Origin: Thalassotalea sp.
GTDB taxonomy: Bacteria; Pseudomonadota; Gammaproteobacteria; Enterobacterales; Alteromonadaceae
DNA: 46,627 bases
Assembly (NCBI GenBank): GCA_029249355.1
Contig: JAQWHO010000178.1
Span: 1-46,627 of the forward strand
Direction: 5' to 3'
Position 1 is the first letter of the stretch. Each line of letters begins with the position of its first letter. A program made the translations under genes and the position numbers. Below the pieces are notes generated by a model. It made no database searches, was not told where the DNA came from, and saw only the letters and a program-made list of their open reading frames with translations. This document shows, piece by piece, positions 29,746 to 39,036 of this stretch.

Positions 29746-32433
29746 ATGACAAATCAACATAAACTCCAAAAGCTCGCTGTTGCTGTGGGGCTAGGTTTGT
29801 TCAGCTATACAAGCGCTGCTATTGCTCAAGAAGAAGAGCAACAGGTGATGGAAGAAGTCGTGGCAAAAGCGACACGTTTGCAAGGAAGTGCGGCGGCGGT
29901 TATTGCTGAACGAAAAAACCAAGCTTTTGTTGCTGATATTCTTGGCGCAGAGCAAATGTCTAGAACAGGTGATAGCGATGCTGCTTCTGCATTGAAGCGA
30001 GTAACAGGTTTAACGCTAGTTGATGATAAGTTTATTTATGTTCGTGGTTTAGGTGAACGCTATTCAAGTGCGAGATTAAATGGCGCAAATATTCCTAGCC
30101 CTGATTTAACACGAAATGTTGTACCTCTTGATATTATTCCTTCAAGTATCATTGAAAGCATGGCGGTGCAAAAAGCGTTTTCTGCAAATATGTCAGCTGC
30201 GTTTGGTGGCGGTGCTATAGATATTCGTACTAAGTCTGTGCCGAGCGATTTCACTTCCAGCATCGAAGTTGGCTTAGCACATGATACGAGTGCAAGCGAT
30301 GGATATACCTATGATCGCCCAAACGGTGGTATTTCAAGCGAATTAAAAAATGCCATTGTTGATTATCGTGGTCGTTTTACCATTGATAATATTATCAAGC
30401 GTTCAAATTTAACCGATACTGACAGCCAAACGGTTTCAGAACAAGCGATTGCTATTAATAACGGTTTATTGGGTTCTTTACCTCGTGATCTGATTATTTC
30501 AGAAGAGTCTTTAGATCCAACATATAACGTGAAAGCCCATATTGGTAATAGCTTTGATGAAAATTATTTTGGTGGACGTTTTGGCTTTTTAGCTTCAATT
30601 GCTTATGAAAATAAGTGGGACTCTGCAGAAAAGAAAACCTCCGTTATCGCTCAAGATATCGCTTCTGATTGTTCAACGTTATTAGCGACGGCAGAAGATG
30701 TTGCAAGTTCTTGTTTTAATACCGTTAAAAATGCCACTGTTACGACTGAAAATGAACGTTATAGTGGTGTATTAAATTTAGGCTATAAACTCGATAATCA
30801 CTCACTTTCATGGAACAACTTATATTTAGTTGATAATGAAGATGAAGTAGAAGTGTCACAAGTTGAAAGTCCAGCAGGTAGTACTGTTTATACCGTTGCA
30901 ACAGACGATAGAGCGAATCGTGTTCATGAATTTGACTATGAAGAACGCACATTGCACGTATCACAATTGCTAGGTCAACATACCTTTGTTGATTACTGGG
31001 GATTAGGGTTTGATTGGCAATATACTCGTTCGAAGGCGAAAACAGACATTCCGTTTAGTGCTAAATTTAACTTCAGAGACAACTTTGAAAACGGTAGTTA
31101 TGCTAATTCGAATATCACTGGCGATGATAACCGAGCAACTTATTCCTACACGGATATGGAAGACAGAGTTAACTCATATGGCGGTAATTTAACATTACCT
31201 GTATATGGTAAAGGCTATGAACTTGAGCTAAAAGCTGGGTATGATTTTTCTGACCGTGGTCGTAATTACACAACTTCAAGTTTTGCTGTTCATAATAAGT
31301 CAGGCTCTGGTGTTGTCATTAATGATGGTTTGCAATCACCATTAGCAAATAGCGGTTATTTGACTGATTCGTTTATTGCAGGTCAACGTATTTTAGTGGA
31401 CTTTAATGAACCTTCAGCACCCGATGCCGATGATTATATTGCCGCGCAAAAAATTGATGCTGCTTATGGGGCATTTGACGTGATTTTAGCTAATCAATAT
31501 CGCGTTAGTGGTGGTGTACGTTACGAAGCGTTTAAACAAACCTCAGTAGGTACTTCAAGTTTAATTTTTGGGAAAGAAGAGCTCGATATCTTTTGGGCAC
31601 CAGAGAAAATAGAAGCGGGTAGTATTAACGCTGACGACTTTTATCCTTCTTTAGCCTTCACTTATTTAGCGAATGAACAATATCAAATTCGTGCAAGTTA
31701 TGGTGAAACAATTGTAAGACCTGATTTACGTGAAGTGGTCCCTGTTGCCTATTTTGATCCCTTAACGGATATTCGCACCTTTGGTCGAGTAGGTTTACAA
31801 AGTAGCCCAATTAAAAATTACGATTTACGTTATGAGTATTATGCCGAGAATGGCAATAGCTATACCGTTGCCGCATTTTTTAAAGACATAGAATCACCCA
31901 TTGAAACGGTTTTACAAGTAGGTGATGAAGATTATTCAGCTACTTTTGTTAACGGTGAAACAGGTGAAGTTAAAGGCGTTGAATTTGAATGGATGGTTGA
32001 CTTAGTTAAAGTCGCTGACGGTTTTTTTACCTCAGGTAATATAACGTTAAGTGATTCAGAAGTGAGCATAGATCCAAGTTTAGCGGGTAACCTAACGAAC
32101 CCAACTAAGCGAATGAGTGGTCATTCAGAATACGTGGTGAATTTACAATTAAACTACGATTCTGCTGACGGCAATCATTCAGGTTCATTAGTATATAACG
32201 TATTCGGTGAGCGTATTATCGCTTCTGGTGTTGGTGGACGAGAGGACGCTCTTGAACAACCATTCCATGCATTAGATTTGGTGTATACCTATTACCCTGA
32301 TTTTAACTCGCAGATTAAATTGAAAGTTAAAAACCTTTTAGATGAATCTCAAGAGGTTACTCAATCAGATATCGCAGTACGAGAAAAAGAAGTAGGCACA
32401 TCCATTAGTTTAACCTATACCTACGACTTTTAA
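29746..32433 (+). CDS. TonB-dependent transporter (Pho-regulated)
   Basis: Signal peptide, TonB box EEVVAKA, plug ALKRVTGLTL...YVRGLGERYS...GGAIDIRT, LKVKNLLD, C-terminal YTYDF. Confidence 0.93.
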   Translation: MTNQHKLQKLAVAVGLGLFSYTSAAIAQEEEQQVMEEVVAKATRLQGSAAAVIAERKNQAFVADILGAEQMSRTGDSDAASALKRVTGLTLVDDKFIYVRGLGERYSSARLNGANIPSPDLTRNVVPLDIIPSSIIESMAVQKAFSANMSAAFGGGAIDIRTKSVPSDFTSSIEVGLAHDTSASDGYTYDRPNGGISSELKNAIVDYRGRFTIDNIIKRSNLTDTDSQTVSEQAIAINNGLLGSLPRDLIISEESLDPTYNVKAHIGNSFDENYFGGRFGFLASIAYENKWDSAEKKTSVIAQDIASDCSTLLATAEDVASSCFNTVKNATVTTENERYSGVLNLGYKLDNHSLSWNNLYLVDNEDEVEVSQVESPAGSTVYTVATDDRANRVHEFDYEERTLHVSQLLGQHTFVDYWGLGFDWQYTRSKAKTDIPFSAKFNFRDNFENGSYANSNITGDDNRATYSYTDMEDRVNSYGGNLTLPVYGKGYELELKAGYDFSDRGRNYTTSSFAVHNKSGSGVVINDGLQSPLANSGYLTDSFIAGQRILVDFNEPSAPDADDYIAAQKIDAAYGAFDVILANQYRVSGGVRYEAFKQTSVGTSSLIFGKEELDIFWAPEKIEAGSINADDFYPSLAFTYLANEQYQIRASYGETIVRPDLREVVPVAYFDPLTDIRTFGRVGLQSSPIKNYDLRYEYYAENGNSYTVAAFFKDIESPIETVLQVGDEDYSATFVNGETGEVKGVEFEWMVDLVKVADGFFTSGNITLSDSEVSIDPSLAGNLTNPTKRMSGHSEYVVNLQLNYDSADGNHSGSLVYNVFGERIIASGVGGREDALEQPFHALDLVYTYYPDFNSQIKLKVKNLLDESQEVTQSDIAVREKEVGTSISLTYTYDF

Positions 32434-32463
32434 TTGTCGTACTCAAATTAATGAATATTTATT

Positions 32464-32489
32464 AAAACCCGTCGAATGACGGGTTTTTT
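32464..32489 (+). terminator. Terminator after the TBDT
   Basis: AAAACCCGTC-GAAT-GACGGGTTTTTT. Confidence 0.92.
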
Positions 32490-32543
32490 ATGTTGAGTCA
32501 TTTATGAGTAAACTTGGCTAAAACATCATAGTGTCGTTCTTAA

Positions 32544-32626
32544 CTGTAAGAAAAATGTCACTTTTTTGTCATTTAATAAAGTTGCAATATTAGTGAAACA
32601 TTAGTGTAACAGTACGTTATTAAAAT
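32544..32626 (+). promoter_or_regulatory. Two Pho-box arrays and -10 of the TonB operon
   Basis: CTGTAAG/ATGTCAC/TTGTCAT at 32544, 32555, 32566; TTGCAAT/GTGAAAC/GTGTAAC at 32582, 32593, 32604; 10 bp; TAAAAT (32621). Confidence 0.75.
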
Positions 32627-32737
32627 TCTTCCCCAGTAATCTATCAAACTAGTTATTAAGATATTTTTTGCTAGTCACTGCGCTATTTAAAACAATGTAA
32701 AAAATAGTGCAAAAACATCTACTTTTAGGGTTTTAAT

Positions 32738-33526
32738 ATGAAAATCACAAAATGGGCACAAGCAGGTTTATTCATAAGCATGTCAGCCTTTTCACTGTAT
32801 GGATATTCTGTTGGGTATAGCACTTCAAATGAAGAGTTGAGTAAAGTGGTTAATGCAGGAAAACAGATCAATCAATCGGCCAATGCTTCCCAACAAAAAG
32901 TCGACTCGATCAGTGAACAAATTCAATCAAAGCTACAACAATTTAAAGTCGTTAATAAAGAAATTGACGGGTTAAATGTTTATAACCGCCAAATGCAGGC
33001 GCAATTAAATAACCAACTGACAGAGCTTGAACAGTTAGCGACTTCCATGGAACAAGTTAGCATTATTGAACGTCAAATTTCACCTTTGATGGCGAGAATG
33101 ATTGATACCTTAGTATCTTTTGTTCAATTAGATGTGCCTTTTTTGCCACAAGAAAGAAGTAAAAGAACTACTGACTTACAAAAACTACTTGAGCAAGCCG
33201 ATGTTTCTGTTGCGGAGAAATTTCGTCGAGTATTAGAAGCTTATCAAGTTGAAGTGGATTACGGCCGTACTATCGAAGTTTATAGCGGTACTCAATTGGT
33301 GGATGGCACAGAAAGAGATGTTGATTTTCTTCGTATTGGCCGTGTGAGCTTTGTTTATCAAACGCGCGACGGTGAGAAAATGGGCATGTGGGATAAAGTG
33401 AGCCAATCATGGCAACCATTACCTGCCGACTACCGCACTGACATTAATAAAGCCCTTCGTATTGCACGTAAGCAGCTTGCACCCGATCTTATTATTGTGC
33501 CAATTGCACAAGATTCAGCAGAATAA
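32738..33526 (+). CDS. DUF3450 protein (TtpB-like accessory of TonB2/3-type systems)
   Basis: Signal + coiled coil; DVPFLPQER, AEKFRRVLEAYQVEVDYGRTI, DFLRIGRV, ARKQLAPDL. Confidence 0.88.
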   Translation: MKITKWAQAGLFISMSAFSLYGYSVGYSTSNEELSKVVNAGKQINQSANASQQKVDSISEQIQSKLQQFKVVNKEIDGLNVYNRQMQAQLNNQLTELEQLATSMEQVSIIERQISPLMARMIDTLVSFVQLDVPFLPQERSKRTTDLQKLLEQADVSVAEKFRRVLEAYQVEVDYGRTIEVYSGTQLVDGTERDVDFLRIGRVSFVYQTRDGEKMGMWDKVSQSWQPLPADYRTDINKALRIARKQLAPDLIIVPIAQDSAE

Positions 33527-33535
33527 GGCTTTATC

Positions 33536-34912
33536 ATGAAAACACTTAATAAATTTTTTACCACGCTTGCACTTTGTTCTTTTGTTATCTCGGCGAATGC
33601 TCAACAAGCAACCAATTTAGACGAGCTTTTAAAGCAACTTGAAAAAGGTCAAATTGCGCAAACACAGCAAAATAAAGATCGTGAAGCAGAATTCTCTGCG
33701 AAAAAATCACAACAAGATACTTTGTTAAAACAAGCCATTACTTCAAGAGAACAAGCGGTTGCCAATAGCACTCAGCTTGAAAATAACTATCAAGTTAATG
33801 AAGTGGATATTGCTAATAAAACAGATGCCTTAAATAAGCGCATGGGTGAATTAAAAGAGCTTTTTGGTGTATTACAACAAGTTGCTGGCGATACACGCAG
33901 CAAGTTTCAAACATCCACTATTTCAGCGCAAATTCCAGGGCGAGGTGAGTTTTTAGATGAATTTGCCCAAAGTATGGGGTCAAGTTCAAAACTTGCTTCT
34001 ATCGAAGAAATTGAACGTCTATGGTTTGAACTACAACGTGAAATGACCGAAAGCGGTAAAGTGCATAAGTTTAGCGCTCAAGTTGTCGCGGCCAATGGTG
34101 AGAAAGTGCAAAGTGACGTGATCCGCGTCGGTGGTTTTAACTTAATCTCTAACGGAAAATATTTAGAATATATTGATGAAACAGGTTCTATCGCCGAGTT
34201 AATTAGACAACCATCAAGTAGATATTTAGATAGTGCAATCCAATTATCGCAAACAAGCGCTGAAGCTGTTCCTTTTGCTTTAGACCCAACAGGTGGCTCA
34301 ATTTTAGGCTTGCTTGTTCAAGCACCTGATACACAAGAGCGCATCGAACAAGGTGGCCCTGTGGGTAATGTGATTATTGCCTTAGGTGTTATTGGATTAT
34401 TAATTGCTTTAGAGCGCTTTATTTCATTATTCCTAATCGGTAACAAAGTTAATCGACAATTAAAAACCACCGTTGCTTCAGACGATAATCCGTTGGGCCG
34501 TGTGATGTTAGTTAAAGATAATAATATTGATGCAGATACTGAAACGCTTGAATTGAAGCTATCTGAACGTATTTTGAAAGAAGTGCCAGTACTAACCAGT
34601 CGATTAACCTTAATTAAAATTGTTTCAGTCATTGCCCCGCTTATTGGTTTATTGGGTACAGTTACTGGGATGATCAACACTTTCCAAGCGATTACCTTAT
34701 TTGGTACCGGTGACCCTAAACTGATGGCAGGCGGTATCTCTCAAGCGCTTGTTACTACTGTGCTTGGCTTAGTGGTTGCCATTCCAATGGTCTTTATTTC
34801 AACCCTTCTTAATACTCGTTCGCGTGGCATTATCAATGTTTTACAACAGCAAAGCGCAGGCATAATTGCCGAAAGGGCAGAGCGTGCTGAAGCTTCTGTA
34901 AAAGGAGCTTAA
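33536..34912 (+). CDS. ttpC: TtpC-type long MotA/TolQ/ExbB proton-channel protein
   Basis: Signal and periplasmic coiled coil; VIRVGGFNL, LDPTGG, QGGPVG, APLIGLLGTVTGMI, MAGGISQALVTT. Confidence 0.88.
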   Translation: MKTLNKFFTTLALCSFVISANAQQATNLDELLKQLEKGQIAQTQQNKDREAEFSAKKSQQDTLLKQAITSREQAVANSTQLENNYQVNEVDIANKTDALNKRMGELKELFGVLQQVAGDTRSKFQTSTISAQIPGRGEFLDEFAQSMGSSSKLASIEEIERLWFELQREMTESGKVHKFSAQVVAANGEKVQSDVIRVGGFNLISNGKYLEYIDETGSIAELIRQPSSRYLDSAIQLSQTSAEAVPFALDPTGGSILGLLVQAPDTQERIEQGGPVGNVIIALGVIGLLIALERFISLFLIGNKVNRQLKTTVASDDNPLGRVMLVKDNNIDADTETLELKLSERILKEVPVLTSRLTLIKIVSVIAPLIGLLGTVTGMINTFQAITLFGTGDPKLMAGGISQALVTTVLGLVVAIPMVFISTLLNTRSRGIINVLQQQSAGIIAERAERAEASVKGA

Positions 34913-34915
34913 ATC

Positions 34916-35443
34916 ATGGTTTTATTCATCGACATGATGAATAGCATTCGTGAATTTCTTGATACTGGCGGTCAAGTATTGACCGTCATCGCTGGTGTTA
35001 TTTGTTTAATGTGGTTACTCATTTTTGAACGTTTATATTTCTTTTTGAAAAGTTATAAAGACATTAGAAATGACATGATCGCCAATTGGCAAAATAGAAG
35101 TGAACGTTATTCATGGAATGCTGAGCAAATTCGTTCGGCACAAGTTTCTCGCATTACTGAGCTGCTAAATAACAATGTCGCTATTATTCAAAGTTTAGTG
35201 GTGCTTTGTCCATTACTTGGTTTATTGGGGACAGTCACCGGCATGATTGAAGTGTTTGATGTCATGGCTATTTCTGGTAGCGGAAATGCACGTTCAATGG
35301 CGTCGGGTGTTTCTCGCGCAACGATTCCTACTATGGCTGGAATGGTGGGTTCTTTGTCAGGCGTTTTCATGGTGACTTGGTTACAAAGAAAAACGAAGCG
35401 TAGAACTGAGCAAATGGAAGATTCATTGCCAATGGCTCATTAG
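34916..35443 (+). CDS. exbB: ExbB proton-channel subunit (short form)
   Basis: LIFER, CPLLGLLGTVTGMIEVF, MASGVSRATIPTMAG. Confidence 0.92.
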   Translation: MVLFIDMMNSIREFLDTGGQVLTVIAGVICLMWLLIFERLYFFLKSYKDIRNDMIANWQNRSERYSWNAEQIRSAQVSRITELLNNNVAIIQSLVVLCPLLGLLGTVTGMIEVFDVMAISGSGNARSMASGVSRATIPTMAGMVGSLSGVFMVTWLQRKTKRRTEQMEDSLPMAH

Positions 35444-35526
35444 CTTTAGTGATTATCAAACCGATTATCAATACTTATTAGCCCTAGTGGTTTTTATTAA
35501 AAGATACAAATGAAAGGATTAAGAAC

Positions 35527-35940
35527 ATGCGTTCTCAATTATCAAAAGTTTTACAAGAGCAAGAAGAAGCCGAAGAAATAAACATGACACCAATGTTAGA
35601 TGTAGTGTTCATCTTATTGATCTTCTTTATTGTTACTGCTTCGTTTGTTAAAGAAGCAGGCATAGAAGTGAACCGTCCAGAAGCGGCGACAGCCGTTAAA
35701 AAAGAACGTGCGAATATCTTAGTCGCCATTAGTGATAAGGGGGATATTTGGATCAATAAACGCAAAGTTGATGTACGTGCGGTGCAGGCGAATATTGAGC
35801 GATTAAAAGCAGAAAATCCACAAGGCACTGTTGTTATTCAGGCAGATCAAAAAGCGACCACAGATATTTTGATTAAAGTGATGGATTCAGCAAGAGCTGC
35901 CGGTGTGTATGACGTATCAATTGCTGCTCAAGAGGTTTAA
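35527..35940 (+). CDS. exbD: ExbD
   Basis: EINMTPMLDVVFILLIFFIVT, VVIQAD, VMDSARAAG. Confidence 0.95.
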   Translation: MRSQLSKVLQEQEEAEEINMTPMLDVVFILLIFFIVTASFVKEAGIEVNRPEAATAVKKERANILVAISDKGDIWINKRKVDVRAVQANIERLKAENPQGTVVIQADQKATTDILIKVMDSARAAGVYDVSIAAQEV

Positions 35941-35948
35941 CAAAACCG

Positions 35949-36608
35949 ATGAATACTAACTTAAACAACACTAATTTAAACAATAGTCGCTTAAATAATT
36001 TCGGGCGATACGGCATTAGCTTCGCTTTATCTATTGCGGTTACGTTTGCATTGTTGTGGAGTATGCAAGCGCTTATTTCCGGTGGTAACGATGTATTAAC
36101 TGAAGCCCCTCGTGGTAATGTTCTTGATTTTATTCGTCTGAAAAAAGAAGAGTCTATTGTTAAAAAAGATCGTAAACCGCAAAAACCACCGCAACCGAAA
36201 CAGCCACCTCCGCAGTTGCAACAACCGCAAATGCAACAAGCTAATCCCAATGTGAATGCGGTTAGTACAAACTTTACTGCGCAGGTCGATAGCGTTTCTG
36301 GTTTAACGGGTGGGATAAGTTTAGGTAGTAGTGATGGTGATTATTTACCGATTGTAAAAGTTGCACCTATATATCCTCGTCGAGCCCAATCAAGAGGTTT
36401 AGAAGGTTATGTCATTGTTGAATTTACCGTAACGAAAAATGGCTCGGTTAAAGATCCTGTCGTGATAGAAGCAAAACCCGAAGGTGTATTTGACCGCGCA
36501 GCGATAGATGCCGCACTTAAATTTAAATATAAACCACGTGTCGTTGATGGCACCCCTGCAGAAGTTGCCGGTGTGCAAAATAAAATTTCATTTGAAATTG
36601 ACGGCTAA
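35949..36608 (+). CDS. tonB: Energy transducer TonB
   Basis: TM anchor, Pro/Gln/Lys-rich linker, PIYPRRAQSRGLEGYVIVEFTV, FDRAAIDAALKFKYKP. Confidence 0.95.
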   Translation: MNTNLNNTNLNNSRLNNFGRYGISFALSIAVTFALLWSMQALISGGNDVLTEAPRGNVLDFIRLKKEESIVKKDRKPQKPPQPKQPPPQLQQPQMQQANPNVNAVSTNFTAQVDSVSGLTGGISLGSSDGDYLPIVKVAPIYPRRAQSRGLEGYVIVEFTVTKNGSVKDPVVIEAKPEGVFDRAAIDAALKFKYKPRVVDGTPAEVAGVQNKISFEIDG

Positions 36609-36632
36609 ATATAAAAATACGGAGGAGAACTT

Positions 36633-37928
36633 ATGAAAAATTTATATATTTCAATGTTAGCTCTGGGAAGCTTTTACTTATTACCAGTAACAATTGACGA
36701 TATTTCAACAAGCTATGCGGCTGAAGTAGCTGAACCGATTAAACAGTCGGTAAAGGTACCAGCAATGCGTAACCGTGTTTATGCACAATTAGCGAGAGCA
36801 CAAAAATTGGCAGATGAAGGTGTTAAACTTGAAGGGTTTGACGTGCTTGATGAAGTTAAAGACCGTATTGATAGCTTAAATAGCTATGAAAAAGCCATGT
36901 TATGGAATTTTTATGGCTTTATGTATTACGGAAATGATGATTTGGCTTCGGCGATAGATAGCTTTCAAAACGTAATTGCTGAAGTGGCGATCCCTCAACC
37001 GCTACGTTTATCGACGTTATATTCATTAGCGCAGTTATCAATGCAACAGCAAAATTATAGTGAAACTTTGTCATACCTTAAGCAATGGCAACAAATTAAC
37101 ACCAAAGAATTAACCGCTGAACAGCATATATTATTTGCTCAAGTGTATTATCAAGACAAACAATTTGAACCTTCACTAATGGCAATCAATAAAGCGATCA
37201 ATGAAGTGACGATGAAAAATAAGTTACCAAAAGAAAATTGGTTGATTTTACAGCGGGCTAATTATTACGAATTAAAGCAACCTAAAAAAGTGACAGAAGT
37301 ACTTGAAGCACTCGTTAAGCATTATGAGAAACCAGAGTATTGGTTACAGCTTAGCGGTATGTACGGTGAAATTGGCAACGAAGAAAAGCAGTTAGCGGCT
37401 ATGGAAACTGCATGGCAAGCAGGATATATAACTAAGTCTCAAGATATTGTTACGTTAGCGCAATTATATCGCTTTAACGGGGTGCCATATAAAGCGGCAA
37501 AATTATTAAATAATGCGATATCTGAAGGGAAGATTGTTGCGAATGAACGTCATTATGAAATGTTAGCACAATCTTATTTAGCAGCTAAAAATGACAAAGA
37601 GGCAATTCCAGCATTAATCAAAGCGAGTGAAATTACTGAATCTGGCAAATTTGACGCGCAATTAGCGCAAGCTTATTTAAATACCGAGAAATGGCAATTA
37701 GCGATTAAATCAGCGGATAGTGCCTTAAATAGAGGTGGCATAGAAAGGGTTGGTGATATGCACCTTGTTATTGGTATGAGCTACTTTAATTTAGAACAGT
37801 TTGAGCAATCGTTAGCAGCGCTTAAAAATGCTGAAAAAATTTCCAGCTCTGCAAAAGTCGCTACACAATGGTATAAATATGTTAAGCGTGAACAAGTTCA
37901 GCATGCGCAATTAGCGATGTTAAATTAG
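36633..37928 (+). CDS. Periplasmic TPR protein (TtpD-like)
   Basis: Signal peptide and repeated TPR-like helices; last gene of the ttpB-ttpC-exbB-exbD-tonB cluster. Confidence 0.85.
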   Translation: MKNLYISMLALGSFYLLPVTIDDISTSYAAEVAEPIKQSVKVPAMRNRVYAQLARAQKLADEGVKLEGFDVLDEVKDRIDSLNSYEKAMLWNFYGFMYYGNDDLASAIDSFQNVIAEVAIPQPLRLSTLYSLAQLSMQQQNYSETLSYLKQWQQINTKELTAEQHILFAQVYYQDKQFEPSLMAINKAINEVTMKNKLPKENWLILQRANYYELKQPKKVTEVLEALVKHYEKPEYWLQLSGMYGEIGNEEKQLAAMETAWQAGYITKSQDIVTLAQLYRFNGVPYKAAKLLNNAISEGKIVANERHYEMLAQSYLAAKNDKEAIPALIKASEITESGKFDAQLAQAYLNTEKWQLAIKSADSALNRGGIERVGDMHLVIGMSYFNLEQFEQSLAALKNAEKISSSAKVATQWYKYVKREQVQHAQLAMLN

Positions 37929-38074
37929 CAATGTTAAGTTAGCCCTGCTGAATTAGTGCCGTAATAAGTAACTTATTAGGTTAGGCGGATTAGTTTGCCT
38001 AGTAAGTTACTCCTAAGCTTACCGGTAACCATAGTTTGGTAAGGCTGATAAAAGAACTTTATAAGAAAATTACG

Positions 38075-38530
38075 TTAATGTTTATACAAAAACGATTGAA
38101 TGCTTTTCATATTTTCATCAGTAAAGTTGGGGTTTGGGATCTGGATTATTGTTCTTTCTTTTAAATTTGCCCGTTCAATATCTTTCTAATAATACTTATC
38201 TAATATTGCTTTCATTTCTCCACTTTCTAATAGTTTATCTAAGCCTAATTGTAATCGTTGGCTTAATCTAGGTTCATTTTTTGAGACATATACAGGGAAT
38301 ATAGGTAAATATAAAGCAATGTTAGGTTCAACGACTACATTTTCTAAATTGTCTTGACGTATTTGTAACTCATCATAAACTTCGTGAATAGCACGAGAAA
38401 GATAATCAAATCGAGATTTATCTAACATTAAAAATACCCCTTCAAAGATACTTGTTTCCATGATCTTCATATTTAACTCATTAAACACCAATTTACGCCT
38501 GTCACATTTTTGTATATCTCTAAAAAGCAC
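38075..38530 (-). pseudogene. Decayed extracellular solute-binding (family 3-like) protein gene, C-terminal remnant
   Basis: FEGVFLMLDKSRFDYLSRAIHEVYDEL...YVSKNEPRLSQRLQLGL...ILDKYY*KDIERANLKERTIIQIPNPNF...LYKH*: in-frame TAG at 38188-38186, natural stop at 38077-38075; no N-terminal half or signal peptide. Confidence 0.75.
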
Positions 38531-39001
38531 TGGTTTTATAGTAGTGAAAATTTAGTGGTAAAAAGGTTGTTATTACCAATTGTATTGTTGAATGTTTTAT
38601 TAGATTTAAACCGTTAATTGTAGAGATGTTAATTGAAATTCTATTGTTTAATAGCCCTGTAGTTATATATTGTGTTTATTACGCTTAAGAGAGTATTGTT
38701 TTTTTAGTTAATCTTTTAAGTGATATATCCTCAATTAAAACGTAACAAGTTTAATTTATGATCTTATTTTATTACGATAAATAACGAGGGTCGTTTATTA
38801 GTAATAAACCCAAAGAGTAAATCTGCGAGTAGTTACTGAAGCTACAGTCATTAGTGCGTTAGAGCATTTTGCCAATTCTGTGCTTAACACTTGCTCATTT
38901 CTATAAAATCGATTTGTTGGTAATCTATTTTCCCCTCGGTATTCCTTAATTAAAAAGCTTAAATTATACGGATATTTATTTTGGTAAGTGTTATTTATTA
39001 A

Positions 39002-39036
39002 ATTGGTTGACAATAAGTGTTTGCATTGGTTAGTAT
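39002..39036 (+). promoter_or_regulatory. Sigma70 promoter overlapped by ATTGGT operator half-sites
   Basis: TTGACA (39007-39012), 18 bp, TAGTAT (39031-39036); ATTGGTTG at 39002 and ATTGGTTA at 39025. Confidence 0.6.

Noticed and set aside
26576-37964. Short repeat arrays as possible CRISPR or REP elements
   Set aside because: No unique spacers, units only 9-17 bp and different at each locus, and no cas genes
38186-38188. In-frame TAG as pyrrolysine or programmed read-through
   Set aside because: The gene also lacks its 5' half and no pyl genes are present; a nonsense mutation is simpler
38798-39013. 71-aa minus-strand ORF
   Set aside because: TTG start inside a promoter/operator region, no RBS and no recognisable motif
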